Assembly (NCBI GenBank): GCA_000092065.1
Contig: CP000592.1
Origin: Ostreococcus lucimarinus
Lineage: Eukaryota
Strand: one strand, 5' to 3'
DNA: 64,000 nt
Below are positions 10,152-19,215 of the stretch, piece after piece. The notes beneath the pieces were generated by a model. It ran no database searches. It was not told the origin of the DNA and worked only from the letters and a program-made list of their open reading frames with translations. Within the stretch, counting starts at the first letter, position 1, and each line of letters opens with the position of its first letter. Position numbers and translations under genes: made by a program.

Positions 10152-11165
10152 ATGGCGACGGAAAAAGACGCCGAACGCGGCGACGGGACGCTCGCGAGGC
10201 GGTCGAGCCTGAGCGAGAGCTTCAGCGAGCACGATCGAGGGCAGATCGTGAATCACGCGGCGCTGTGGACGGCGCAGTTGATTTGGGCGCTCATGCACGT
10301 GCTGAGCCACGACGCGCTCGAGCACGTCGAGCCGACGGCGTTCTGCGCGCTCAGGCTCGCGCTGGCGCTGCCGTTTCTGGCGATATCGGCGAGGAAGGAG
10401 GGCGGGAGTCTGCCGTGGCGCGCGGTCGCGACGTGGGTGGTGCCGATGGGGGCGATGATCGGCGCGGCGTATCTGTTGGTCTTCGTGGCGAACGCGCGCT
10501 CGGGACCGACGCTCGTGGCGTGCGTGCAGCCGATCATGCCGGTGTCGGTGGCGGTGATGAGTTATGTGATAGGATTGGAGCGCATGACGCGCGTGAAGGC
10601 GCTGGGCGTGATCGTCGTTTTCGCGGGAACGGTCACCGCGCTGCGCGCGTACGAAATTTTTCAAACGGGCGGGATGAATTTTTTGGACATCTTTCTCTTG
10701 CTGTCGCAGACGAATTCGTACGCCGTCTACGTCGTGATGCTCGGCGTGGCGACGAAAACGTACCCGTATCCATTGCTGTTCTTATTCCTCGCCACCGCCG
10801 TGGCCGAGTTCGTCGTCTTGCTCATCGCGATTCCGGCGTTCGCCCGACTCGACGTCTCCCGCGTTCCCGCGTCCGCCTGGGGCGCCGTCGTCTTCGCGGG
10901 ATGGGGCTCGTCCGTCTTCGCCCACTCCCTGAATTCTTGGGCCGTCGCTCGCGTCAAGGGCGTCTTGCCCACCGTCTACTCCGGCGTCCAAGTCATCTTC
11001 ACCATCGTTCTCAGTCGCGTGTTCCTTCGCGAGCGTCTGCCGTGGGATCGAGGCGTCGGCATCGCCGTCACCATCCTCGGCGTCTGTTTAGTCGCGCGCG
11101 CCAAGTACGCCGAGACGCCCGACGCGACGCGTCGCGACGCGCCCTCGCGCTCGTGCGGCGCATAG
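10152..11165 (+). CDS. EamA/DMT-superfamily membrane transporter
   Basis: About 10 predicted TM helices arranged as a duplicated EamA-like unit. It sits head-to-head with the RING gene across a gap of about 220 bp. Confidence 0.55.
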   Translation: MATEKDAERGDGTLARRSSLSESFSEHDRGQIVNHAALWTAQLIWALMHVLSHDALEHVEPTAFCALRLALALPFLAISARKEGGSLPWRAVATWVVPMGAMIGAAYLLVFVANARSGPTLVACVQPIMPVSVAVMSYVIGLERMTRVKALGVIVVFAGTVTALRAYEIFQTGGMNFLDIFLLLSQTNSYAVYVVMLGVATKTYPYPLLFLFLATAVAEFVVLLIAIPAFARLDVSRVPASAWGAVVFAGWGSSVFAHSLNSWAVARVKGVLPTVYSGVQVIFTIVLSRVFLRERLPWDRGVGIAVTILGVCLVARAKYAETPDATRRDAPSRSCGA

Positions 11166-11364
11166 TTTTCGTAGCGCCTAGCCTTCATTTAATTCGCGCC
11201 TAGCCTTCATTTAATTCGCGTCTCGTCGGCCAGTCGGCGCTCGCGCTCGAACCAAACCCTCACAACTCCCCTCAGGGTTTTAGTTTTAGCCGCACGTCTC
11301 GTCCGCACATCGCGACGCGTCGGCCTCGCCGCGAACGGTTCCCTCGCGCGGACCTCGACTCGTC

Positions 11365-13026
11365 ATGTCGCACGCCGCGCACCTCCGCCGCGCGCTCTCG
11401 CGCGCGCTCTCGCGCGCGAGCGCCGCGCGCGCGCCGCTCGGCCCGGTCGCGAACCCTGGAGCGACACCCGATCGCGCCGCCGCGCTGAAGCGCGACGCGC
11501 TCCGCGCCTACGCCACGGGCCCGGCGCGACACGAGAAACAAATCTCCGACGATCTGCTCGCGAAGCTCGGCGGGCTGTCCACGCAGGCGCTGATCGATGG
11601 ATTGTGGGTCATGGGATGGCCGACGAGCCACGTGATGGGCGCGCGACCGCTCACGGAGGGACAAAAGAAACTGGTCGGACGCGCGGTGACGCTTCGATTC
11701 GTGCCGCAGCGACCGGATATCGCGGCGAGTAAACCGGCGGGGATGGAATCGCCGGAATACGAGGCGTTTGAACAGACCGGGCCGAACGAGTGCGTGGTCA
11801 TGGAGAGCGTCGGGCCGTGGGAGAGCGTCGGCGGCGATATCAAGTTTTTACGATTGGCGCAGCTTAAATGCGCGGGATTAGTGACCGATGGAAGCGTGAG
11901 AGACACCGCGGTGTTGCGGGAGTACGGATTTCCGGTGTTTTCGATTTCGACGACGCCGAGACAAGGACCGCACGTGCACCAGCCGTGGGAGGCGAACGGC
12001 GTCATCACGTGCGGCGGCATCGTCGTGCGACCGGGCGACGCGATCATCGGCGATCAAGACGGCGTTGTCGTTATTCCAGCGTCTCACGCGCAGGAAGTGT
12101 ACGATATCGCGCACTCTCGAGAGATTGTCGAGGATATCGTGAAGACGGAGCTCGCGACAAATCCGGGTCCGCCGGGCAAATTTTATCCGTTTGTGAGCGG
12201 CAAGATCAAGAAGGACTCGCCGTTGTGCAAGTTGCTCGCGAGCAAGGGCTACGACTCGAGCAAGTTTGCGCACACCGCCGCGAACCCGGGCGCTCGCGCC
12301 GGTCTCGGTGGTATTCCGAAGAGCCGCAATACGCTCGGCGCGCGCAGATCGATGAGCCAACAAGTTCGTCACAAGTCGTACATGCGAACCGACGCCGAGT
12401 TCAACGAAGTGCTCGATCAGTTTGCCAAGCACAAGGCGTGTGCTGTCCTCCGCACGGGAGTCGAAGGTGCGGCGTACAACGCCATGGACGCCGCCGTCCA
12501 AGGCGGCTTCAAGCTCGTTGAATTCACCCTCACCACCCCAGGCTGCCTCGACGCGGTTTCCCGATTTGCCTCCCGCACCGACGTCTTGACCGGCTGCGGT
12601 ACTATTCTCAACATCGACGACGCCAAGAGAGCTTTGGACGCTGGGTCGAAATTTATCGTTGCTCCGATTTTGATTCCGGAAGTTGTCGAGTGGTGCGCGG
12701 CGAACAAAATCGTCTGCATCCCGGGCTGCCAAACCCCGAGCGAGTTGTACCGCGCGTACAGCCTCGGCGCCCCCGTGCAAAAGCTCTTCCCGGGTGTCGC
12801 CGGTGGCCCTAACTGGGTTCGCGCCGTCGCCTCGGCGCTTCCGATGCTTCGAATCAACCCGACGTCGGGCGTCGAAATCGACACCGCCGCCGACTACTTG
12901 CGTGCGGGCGCCGCCTCTCTCGGTTTCGTCGCCCCGGCGTTCGATCAAAACGCCATCAAGGCGGGTGATTGGGACGCCATCTCCAAGCGTGCGACTGAAA
13001 TTATTGCCGCCGTGAAGGCCGCGTAA
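11365..13026 (+). CDS. Two-domain fusion: an N-terminal RraA-like (4-hydroxy-4-methyl-2-oxoglutarate aldolase / oxaloacetate decarboxylase fold) domain and a C-terminal KDPG/KHG aldolase (Eda-like) domain
   Basis: The N-terminal half (GRAVTLRF..., LVTDGSVRDTAVLREYGFPVFSISTTP, IIGDQDGVVVIPA) matches the RraA/MenG fold. The C-terminal half (VLRTGVEGA..., LVEFTLTTPGCLDAVSRF, GCGTILN, IVAPILIPEVVEWC, IPGCQTPSE, KLFP) matches the Eda TIM-barrel aldolase. The product is 553 aa with an Ala/Arg-rich N-terminus. Confidence 0.7.
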   Translation: MSHAAHLRRALSRALSRASAARAPLGPVANPGATPDRAAALKRDALRAYATGPARHEKQISDDLLAKLGGLSTQALIDGLWVMGWPTSHVMGARPLTEGQKKLVGRAVTLRFVPQRPDIAASKPAGMESPEYEAFEQTGPNECVVMESVGPWESVGGDIKFLRLAQLKCAGLVTDGSVRDTAVLREYGFPVFSISTTPRQGPHVHQPWEANGVITCGGIVVRPGDAIIGDQDGVVVIPASHAQEVYDIAHSREIVEDIVKTELATNPGPPGKFYPFVSGKIKKDSPLCKLLASKGYDSSKFAHTAANPGARAGLGGIPKSRNTLGARRSMSQQVRHKSYMRTDAEFNEVLDQFAKHKACAVLRTGVEGAAYNAMDAAVQGGFKLVEFTLTTPGCLDAVSRFASRTDVLTGCGTILNIDDAKRALDAGSKFIVAPILIPEVVEWCAANKIVCIPGCQTPSELYRAYSLGAPVQKLFPGVAGGPNWVRAVASALPMLRINPTSGVEIDTAADYLRAGAASLGFVAPAFDQNAIKAGDWDAISKRATEIIAAVKAA

Positions 13027-13115
13027 ACGATTTTATTCGTACAAATCCGTCCACGTTGAAATATAAAAACATCTCAAGAATGACAACGCTTCTAAATAAT
13101 GGAATCGCGCGACTT

Positions 13116-15023
13116 TTACTTCCTACTCGAACACGAAAAAACCGTCGGTCGATAGTTCGGGACATACATGGTTGAATACACGTACTCGCTCATCGCTTCC
13201 TCGCCCTGCGCGACGATGTGACGAATGTCTTCCGGCACTCGACCCTCGCGCGCGGCGGCTTCGATGACCTTGATCGCAACGTACGCCGAGATATCGCGGA
13301 TGCGATCGATACGCGGAAAGATAGTGCCTTCTGTGTATTGTTCGGGCGTGAGCATAGCTGGGATAGCCATCGCGGCGGCTTGAAGCATCGCGTCGGAGAT
13401 GACAGACGATTTCGACAGCAACGCACCGAGACCAAGTCCGGGAAAGACGTAAAAGTTATTGCCCTGATTCGCCTTCATCACTCTGCCATTAATCTCGACA
13501 TCGCTGAACGGCGAACCAGATGAAAAGATAGCCCTTCCGTCAGTCGCGTTCGCGGCGTCCTCCGCCGTACATTCGGCACGAGACGTCGGATTTGAGAGCG
13601 GCATGATAATCGGGCGCTCGTTTATTTTACCCATTTCCTCAAGCACCTCCTTCGAAAATAGCCCCTTCACCGTGGAAACGCCGAGTAAAACCGTGGGTTT
13701 CGCCTTTTTAATCACGTCCATGAGCGACGCGCCCTCGGGCATGTCGTTTCGGTTGCGTGCGAAACCTTTCAGCGGCTCCTGTCCGGGATCGTCCAACGCG
13801 CGTTCGGCGGTGACCAGCCCGTTGGCGTCGATGATGTAAAATCTCTTGTATGCTTCCTCGGCCGTCAATCCATTCGCAACCATAGCTTGGTGTAGGAATG
13901 ATGCTATACCACATCCCGCGCTTCCAGCGCCGCACATGACGAAGGTTTGTTTGACAATATCCTTGCGATGACCATGAAGACACTTCATCGCTCCGTACAC
14001 GCCGGCTAGGACGACGGCCGCGGTGCCTTGGATATCATCGTTGAAGCACAGAACTTCATCGCGATAGTGCTGCAAAATTTTGTTCGCGTGCTTCGTTTGA
14101 AAGTCTTCGAACTGAATCAACGCGTTTGGCCACCGGTTTCGCACGCCGCGAATAAACTCCTCCACAAACGCGTAATACTCCTCACCTTCCAGTCGCTTGT
14201 GCGGCGACCCGAGATAATAGGGATCGTTCAAAAGATCTGGATTGTTCGTGCCAACGTCGAGGACGACTGGCAAAACATGCTGCGGATCAAAACCACCCCC
14301 GGCGACGTACAGGTCCAATTTCCCTTGCGAAATTCCCATACCATTCATGCCGAGATCGCCCAAACCCAAAATCCTCGACCCGTCGGTGACCACTATGACG
14401 GAGACGTTCCGTTTCCAGTTGAACATCATCGAGTTAAAATCGCCCCTATCCTCGCGCGAAAAGTACATCCCTCTCGCCCGGCGCAATAACTTTGAATATT
14501 CAAGGCACGCGTCTCCGACCGTCGGCGTGTAAATCACCGGCGCTAATTCCTCGATGTGATCGTGCACCAGGCGATAAAACAACGTCTCGTTACGATCCTT
14601 CAAATCTTGAAGGTGACTCCACCGATCCAGCGGACGCTTCAGCGCTTTATTTTGCGCCCATATCTTCACCGCTTGCTGTCCGATCGTGAAGAACCGCGGC
14701 GGCACGAGCCCGCGAATGCCCAATCGTTCGCGTTCGCTCGCGCTGAACCCGGTGCCTTTATTGTATATGGGATTGTGGAGCACCTCGATGCCGCGCGACG
14801 TGTCGGGATGCATCACCACCACGTCGTCCACCGCGCGCCTGTGACTGTTCGTCCCGATGGGTTCGATCATGCTCGACGCTCGCGAGCGCTCGTCGTCGTC
14901 GAGCAGCGCGCCGACGGCGTTCGACGACGCGGTGGTCGTTGCCGCGTCGCGCGCGAAAATCGACGCGGTGCCGCGCGCGGTGGACGCGAGCGCGCGCGAG
15001 CGCGCGACGGACGCGGAGAGCAT
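13116..15023 (-). CDS. NAD(P)-dependent malic enzyme, preceded by a transit-peptide-like N-terminus
   Basis: Strong matches along the whole length: VVTDGSRILGLGDLG, FEDF, FNDDIQGTAAVVLAG, VMCGAGSAGCGIA, PIIMPLSNPTSRAEC, NNFYVFPGLGLG. The ORF continues upstream to 15326; the start was set at Met 102 (ATG 15023-15021), where the transit-peptide-like sequence begins. Confidence 0.9.
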   Translation of the reverse strand: MLSASVARSRALASTARGTASIFARDAATTTASSNAVGALLDDDERSRASSMIEPIGTNSHRRAVDDVVVMHPDTSRGIEVLHNPIYNKGTGFSASERERLGIRGLVPPRFFTIGQQAVKIWAQNKALKRPLDRWSHLQDLKDRNETLFYRLVHDHIEELAPVIYTPTVGDACLEYSKLLRRARGMYFSREDRGDFNSMMFNWKRNVSVIVVTDGSRILGLGDLGMNGMGISQGKLDLYVAGGGFDPQHVLPVVLDVGTNNPDLLNDPYYLGSPHKRLEGEEYYAFVEEFIRGVRNRWPNALIQFEDFQTKHANKILQHYRDEVLCFNDDIQGTAAVVLAGVYGAMKCLHGHRKDIVKQTFVMCGAGSAGCGIASFLHQAMVANGLTAEEAYKRFYIIDANGLVTAERALDDPGQEPLKGFARNRNDMPEGASLMDVIKKAKPTVLLGVSTVKGLFSKEVLEEMGKINERPIIMPLSNPTSRAECTAEDAANATDGRAIFSSGSPFSDVEINGRVMKANQGNNFYVFPGLGLGALLSKSSVISDAMLQAAAMAIPAMLTPEQYTEGTIFPRIDRIRDISAYVAIKVIEAAAREGRVPEDIRHIVAQGEEAMSEYVYSTMYVPNYRPTVFSCSSRK

Positions 15024-15190
15024 CGCACGTCGCGTCGGTCGCGTCGACTGGATCCGCGCGGGAGCGCGGCGTCGACGTGTGGCGTCGCGATTTGGGTTTA
15101 TCTGCTTTCCCGGCGACGGGGACGGGACGGGACGGGACGCGACGAACGCGACGGAATGTAGACTATCGATTGAAACGATTATGGCTAAGG

Positions 15191-17674
15191 CTATTGCTTC
15201 AATCGAGCCTTGATTTCGTCGGTGTCGCCGTACCAGTGCTCGAAGACGCCGATGGCGTGATGGATGACGTCGAGACGGCGGCGAAGGTCGGCGGCGCGCG
15301 CGGCGGCGCGATCGAGCGGGGGACATCGGGCGTCGGCTCGCGCCTCAGCGCGGCCGCGCCTACGGAAGACGAAGGCGACGCTCATGCGTGGTGGATCTGG
15401 GCTGTCGATTTCACACGCGCTGCCCCAGTGGATGATGTTTCCTGACCATGCGAGGAGGGCGCCGGCGTCGACGGGGGCGAGGGGCTTGGCGGCGCCGCGA
15501 GGCACCTCGGGGGCGGATTTTGAAACGTCACTTCGCCCACCATCTTCGTCGTCTTTCTTCGACACGACGTACATGCACCCACTTGTTTCCGTGACGCGGT
15601 TCAACGGGAGCCAAAGGCTGAGGACTTGCGTTTTACCATCTTCGTCGACGGCGTCCGAGAGGGAGTAGTCGCGATGCGGAACGCCAAAGTTGTTACCGAT
15701 GTAACGCTTCCCAGATGCGTCTTTTTCGAGCTTGAACGCGGCAACGGATGGTTCTAACACGCACTCACCGCCAAGTAGGACCTCCGCGTGCGCGAATAGC
15801 AAGTCGATGACACGCCAGGCAACGTCGGAAACGAATATGCACGCCGGCGGCCACTTGGCGTCGACGAGCGCCTCGATGCCGCTGCGGAGCGCGTTGGTAT
15901 CCTTAATCGGCACGATAACATCGCCCCACACGTAGCCGTTCTCTTGTAGCGACGCCACGTGCTCTTGCGTTGCGCTAGCGTCGATTTCACTCACGGTCGC
16001 ATCGCTGTTGCTTGACACCGCGCAGCCGTGCGTGCTTAAAATGGCGTTCCAGTAGGTTGCGTCGAAAACGTTCGTCGAAATTGCCTTTCCCGGAGCTGCA
16101 TCTTCGCCCTCGTCTCCGAACGCGTCCCATGCCGAGTTCTTGTCATCGATCGCTGGTAAATTTCGTACGTCCTCGTCCTCGTCGTTGGCGGCGTAATCGA
16201 GCACAGTAAAGTGCCCGTGTGTATCGACATCAGCGATGCGATAAGGAAATCGAGCGGCGTCGGCGCCAAGCTTTTCTCGCAGTCGCGCGTGCCAGTGCTC
16301 GGGATGAAAACTTTCAACATTCTTCGACGGGTCGAACCAAGTGCATACGATATCGCGTTCTCTCACATCGCTCGTTGCGCTCGTCCTCGTACGCTTTTCT
16401 GGCCGACTTTCCACGTCCTCAAAAGTGACGTCGGCGGGATCTCGCAGCAAGTGCGCATTGTCGCCCAGCGCCTCCAAAGCGGATCCATTCATGCCCGATA
16501 ACGCCAAAACACCGGTATCGGCGTTGATAAGCGTTCGTACACGCAGTACGATCGTCTCATCGTCGCCTTGTGGCCAAGATCCTACGATGGCGTCGTACTT
16601 GGCGCCGCTCGCGCGTTCGAGAAAATCTAAAAAGTCTTCGCTCCAAACTCTAATCTCCCCGCGAGCGCCTGCATCGCTCGCGTGCACCTTTTTATCACAT
16701 CGCGTGCACTCCAAACCAAAATATTTCACCATCAAGTCCACGACCGTGCCATCTTGTTCGACGACGTCGACGCGCGTCTCCGGTGAGTACGTGCGCATGA
16801 ACGACGCCACGGCGGCGCCTCCGGCGCATCCCAGCGCCAACACCCTTCGCACTGGACCGTCCCCCGGCGATGCCATCGCCACCGCGACGTACGTCGCATC
16901 TCTCCACGAATCTAACGCCAATCCGAGCGGTTCGTTCGGGTCCTTTTCCGCCTCGACTGCACCGTCGCTCCCTCTCCACGGGCCGCGCACGAGCGCTCTC
17001 GTGCATTCGCCCCCGGACCCATCCTCCACCGCCATATCGATCACACTCAGCGCCTCAAGCCCACTGTCTTCCGCTCTTTCCACGTGCTCAATGACTTCTA
17101 CGCTCCACGTCAACTTCCCAGTGCGCGCGTCGACCCCCAACGGCGTCACCAACGTCAACGTCTCGATCAACAACGCAAACGTCCAACGCTCCTCCGCGTC
17201 CAATTCATCCTGTGCTCTCAACGTCGGCGTCGTCGCGCTCGCCATCCCGCTCGACGAATCCACGAAAATCGGTTGTCCGGTGCTCTCGTCGAGCTCCACC
17301 TGATACCCCTCGTTCTCGAGCAATCCATTCGCGACGCCGCCGAGTTCGCTCAAAACCAACAGCGCGCCGTCGCTCGCCGCGAGCGCGTCCGCGTCCGCGC
17401 TCTCCACCGGTGCCCCCGTCGCGCTGTCGCGCTCGACCGCTTGCACGGACCTCAACAAAGGCACGACGCACCCCGACGCGCACAGCGCGAGCGCCCAAGC
17501 GGCGCCGTGACCCTCGTCGCCGATGCGCAGCTCGAGCAGTGATTCCGCGGCGGCGGCGCGTTCGCGCGACGATGGCGACGACAAACGGGCGACAAACGAG
17601 CGCAGACTCGCGGTAGAGTCGACCGACGGCGATGCGCGCGCGGTGTCGCGCGCGTCGTCGCGCGGGCGAGGCAT
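15191..17674 (-). CDS. Large multidomain protein with a central class-I methyltransferase / spermine-synthase-like segment and a C-terminal PhyH-like 2OG-Fe(II) dioxygenase-like segment
   Basis: VLALGCAGGAAVASFMRTYSPETRVDVVEQDGTVVDLMVKYFG resembles a SAM-binding/spermidine-synthase fold. The C-terminal FGVPHRDYS...IIHWGS resembles PhyH. Overall the homology is weak. Confidence 0.4.
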   Translation of the reverse strand: MPRPRDDARDTARASPSVDSTASLRSFVARLSSPSSRERAAAAESLLELRIGDEGHGAAWALALCASGCVVPLLRSVQAVERDSATGAPVESADADALAASDGALLVLSELGGVANGLLENEGYQVELDESTGQPIFVDSSSGMASATTPTLRAQDELDAEERWTFALLIETLTLVTPLGVDARTGKLTWSVEVIEHVERAEDSGLEALSVIDMAVEDGSGGECTRALVRGPWRGSDGAVEAEKDPNEPLGLALDSWRDATYVAVAMASPGDGPVRRVLALGCAGGAAVASFMRTYSPETRVDVVEQDGTVVDLMVKYFGLECTRCDKKVHASDAGARGEIRVWSEDFLDFLERASGAKYDAIVGSWPQGDDETIVLRVRTLINADTGVLALSGMNGSALEALGDNAHLLRDPADVTFEDVESRPEKRTRTSATSDVRERDIVCTWFDPSKNVESFHPEHWHARLREKLGADAARFPYRIADVDTHGHFTVLDYAANDEDEDVRNLPAIDDKNSAWDAFGDEGEDAAPGKAISTNVFDATYWNAILSTHGCAVSSNSDATVSEIDASATQEHVASLQENGYVWGDVIVPIKDTNALRSGIEALVDAKWPPACIFVSDVAWRVIDLLFAHAEVLLGGECVLEPSVAAFKLEKDASGKRYIGNNFGVPHRDYSLSDAVDEDGKTQVLSLWLPLNRVTETSGCMYVVSKKDDEDGGRSDVSKSAPEVPRGAAKPLAPVDAGALLAWSGNIIHWGSACEIDSPDPPRMSVAFVFRRRGRAEARADARCPPLDRAAARAADLRRRLDVIHHAIGVFEHWYGDTDEIKARLKQ

Positions 17675-17722
17675 GGCGCGGGCGGCACGCGGCGGATAAT
17701 GACGGTTTGTGTTCCAGCGGCG

Positions 17723-19120
17723 CTACTGCGAGCGGTCGAGGACGAGCGCGAGAGATGAATCGTCGGGAACGAGCGCTTCGAAGTGGCCGGGAAAGTGCTT
17801 GACGCACAGCGCAGGGATGGTATCACCGCCGTGGCGGCAGCGGCGGCGCGCGATGGCGGCGGTAACGAGGGAGAGGGTGAAAGTTTCGCGCGCGCGGCGG
17901 CAACGCCACTCGACGGTTTTACCGTCGCGACGAAATCGACCGTCCGCGAGGTATCTCGCGGGTGCGAAAGCGCGGTGTCTTTCGTCGCGACGCGGTGCGG
18001 CGAGGAAGAAAGGTGACTTGGCCGTCGCTGGGACGCGTTCGTCCGTCGTCTCCACGCACACGATGGCTACGTCGTTGAGACTCGCGATGGCGCATAGCTC
18101 GGCGTCGGTGCCCCAAAAGCGAGTCCAGATTTTCGTCGCCGTGTACGGTGCGGCGTCCTTACGCATCGTGCGAATGTACTCTTTGAAGCGCTCGTCGTCG
18201 CTCGCTCGCTTAAATTTGCCAACGCGCAGGTAGCGTCGCCCCTCGTCGCCGTTCATCAGTAGGTTGTATAGCGCACGTATTTCTGTCCTCCCGCGCATCT
18301 CGTTCCGCCGTTTCTCTAATTCGTCGCACATTCGCGCTCGAATGTCGCGCCAATCCGATCCAGCGCGTTTAACATCCCAAAGTTTATGCCTCGCGAGCGC
18401 CTTGACGCCGTGAGCGATGGACCGAAAACAACAATTTCCGTCCTCGACAACGCCTTGCACGCGCAAGCCCAACGCGCGCGTCTGCGAACTCCAATGACTG
18501 TTCTCTTTGCGTGCTTTTCCCACCGCACGCGCCTCGCCGACGAAGATGACATCGCTCGCGCTCGCGCTTGCGCTCACGCTCGAGCTCGAGCTCGAGCTCG
18601 ACGTCCGCCGCGTCGTTTCGCTCTCGACGTCCTCCACGCGCACTCGCCAACCGCGCGGTCGCAACTGCGCTGGCATCGTCTCCGCCGTCGCGACGCGTTC
18701 TAGGACCGCCCCCGCGAGCGCTGATCCACGCTCTAAAAGCTTTCGAGCGTACTTTGTTCCCATGGAACGACCCTCGCGCGCCGCGGACGTCTCGCGCCGC
18801 CGCGCCGCGGACGCGCGTCGATACGCCGCGAGCAATGTCATCGACGCCAGCGCGAACGCGCGCGTCGAACGAAACCCTAAACGGCCGTACGAAACACATA
18901 AAGCGATGAACTCGGCGTAGACGCGCGAGTTCTGCGAAATCGACAGCTCGAGCGCGCGAAAGAGCGCGCGAGAAGCGCGAGTGATGTCGGCGGCGGACGC
19001 GCGTTTGCCGTCGATTTTTCGCGCCGCGCGCGCCGCGGCGACGGCGAAACGCCTGGACGCGGCGTCGCGTAGCTTTCGTTTGGCACCGCGCGTCGCGAGC
19101 GCGACGCGCATGGCGCGCAC
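17723..19120 (-). CDS. OTU-domain cysteine protease (putative deubiquitinase)
   Basis: The OTU catalytic Cys motif VVEDGNCCFRSIAHGV and the downstream motif HFEALVP are present. A poly-Ser linker precedes the OTU domain. Confidence 0.6.
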   Translation of the reverse strand: MRAMRVALATRGAKRKLRDAASRRFAVAAARAARKIDGKRASAADITRASRALFRALELSISQNSRVYAEFIALCVSYGRLGFRSTRAFALASMTLLAAYRRASAARRRETSAAREGRSMGTKYARKLLERGSALAGAVLERVATAETMPAQLRPRGWRVRVEDVESETTRRTSSSSSSSSVSASASASDVIFVGEARAVGKARKENSHWSSQTRALGLRVQGVVEDGNCCFRSIAHGVKALARHKLWDVKRAGSDWRDIRARMCDELEKRRNEMRGRTEIRALYNLLMNGDEGRRYLRVGKFKRASDDERFKEYIRTMRKDAAPYTATKIWTRFWGTDAELCAIASLNDVAIVCVETTDERVPATAKSPFFLAAPRRDERHRAFAPARYLADGRFRRDGKTVEWRCRRARETFTLSLVTAAIARRRCRHGGDTIPALCVKHFPGHFEALVPDDSSLALVLDRSQ

Positions 19121-19215
19121 GCGCGGATATGGCGCGCGGCTCGGCGACGGTTAGCTGAAGATTTCTAGCGCCGGGACGCGCGCGCGAGCTCTAATGTTCT
19201 ATTACGATCGCTAAG

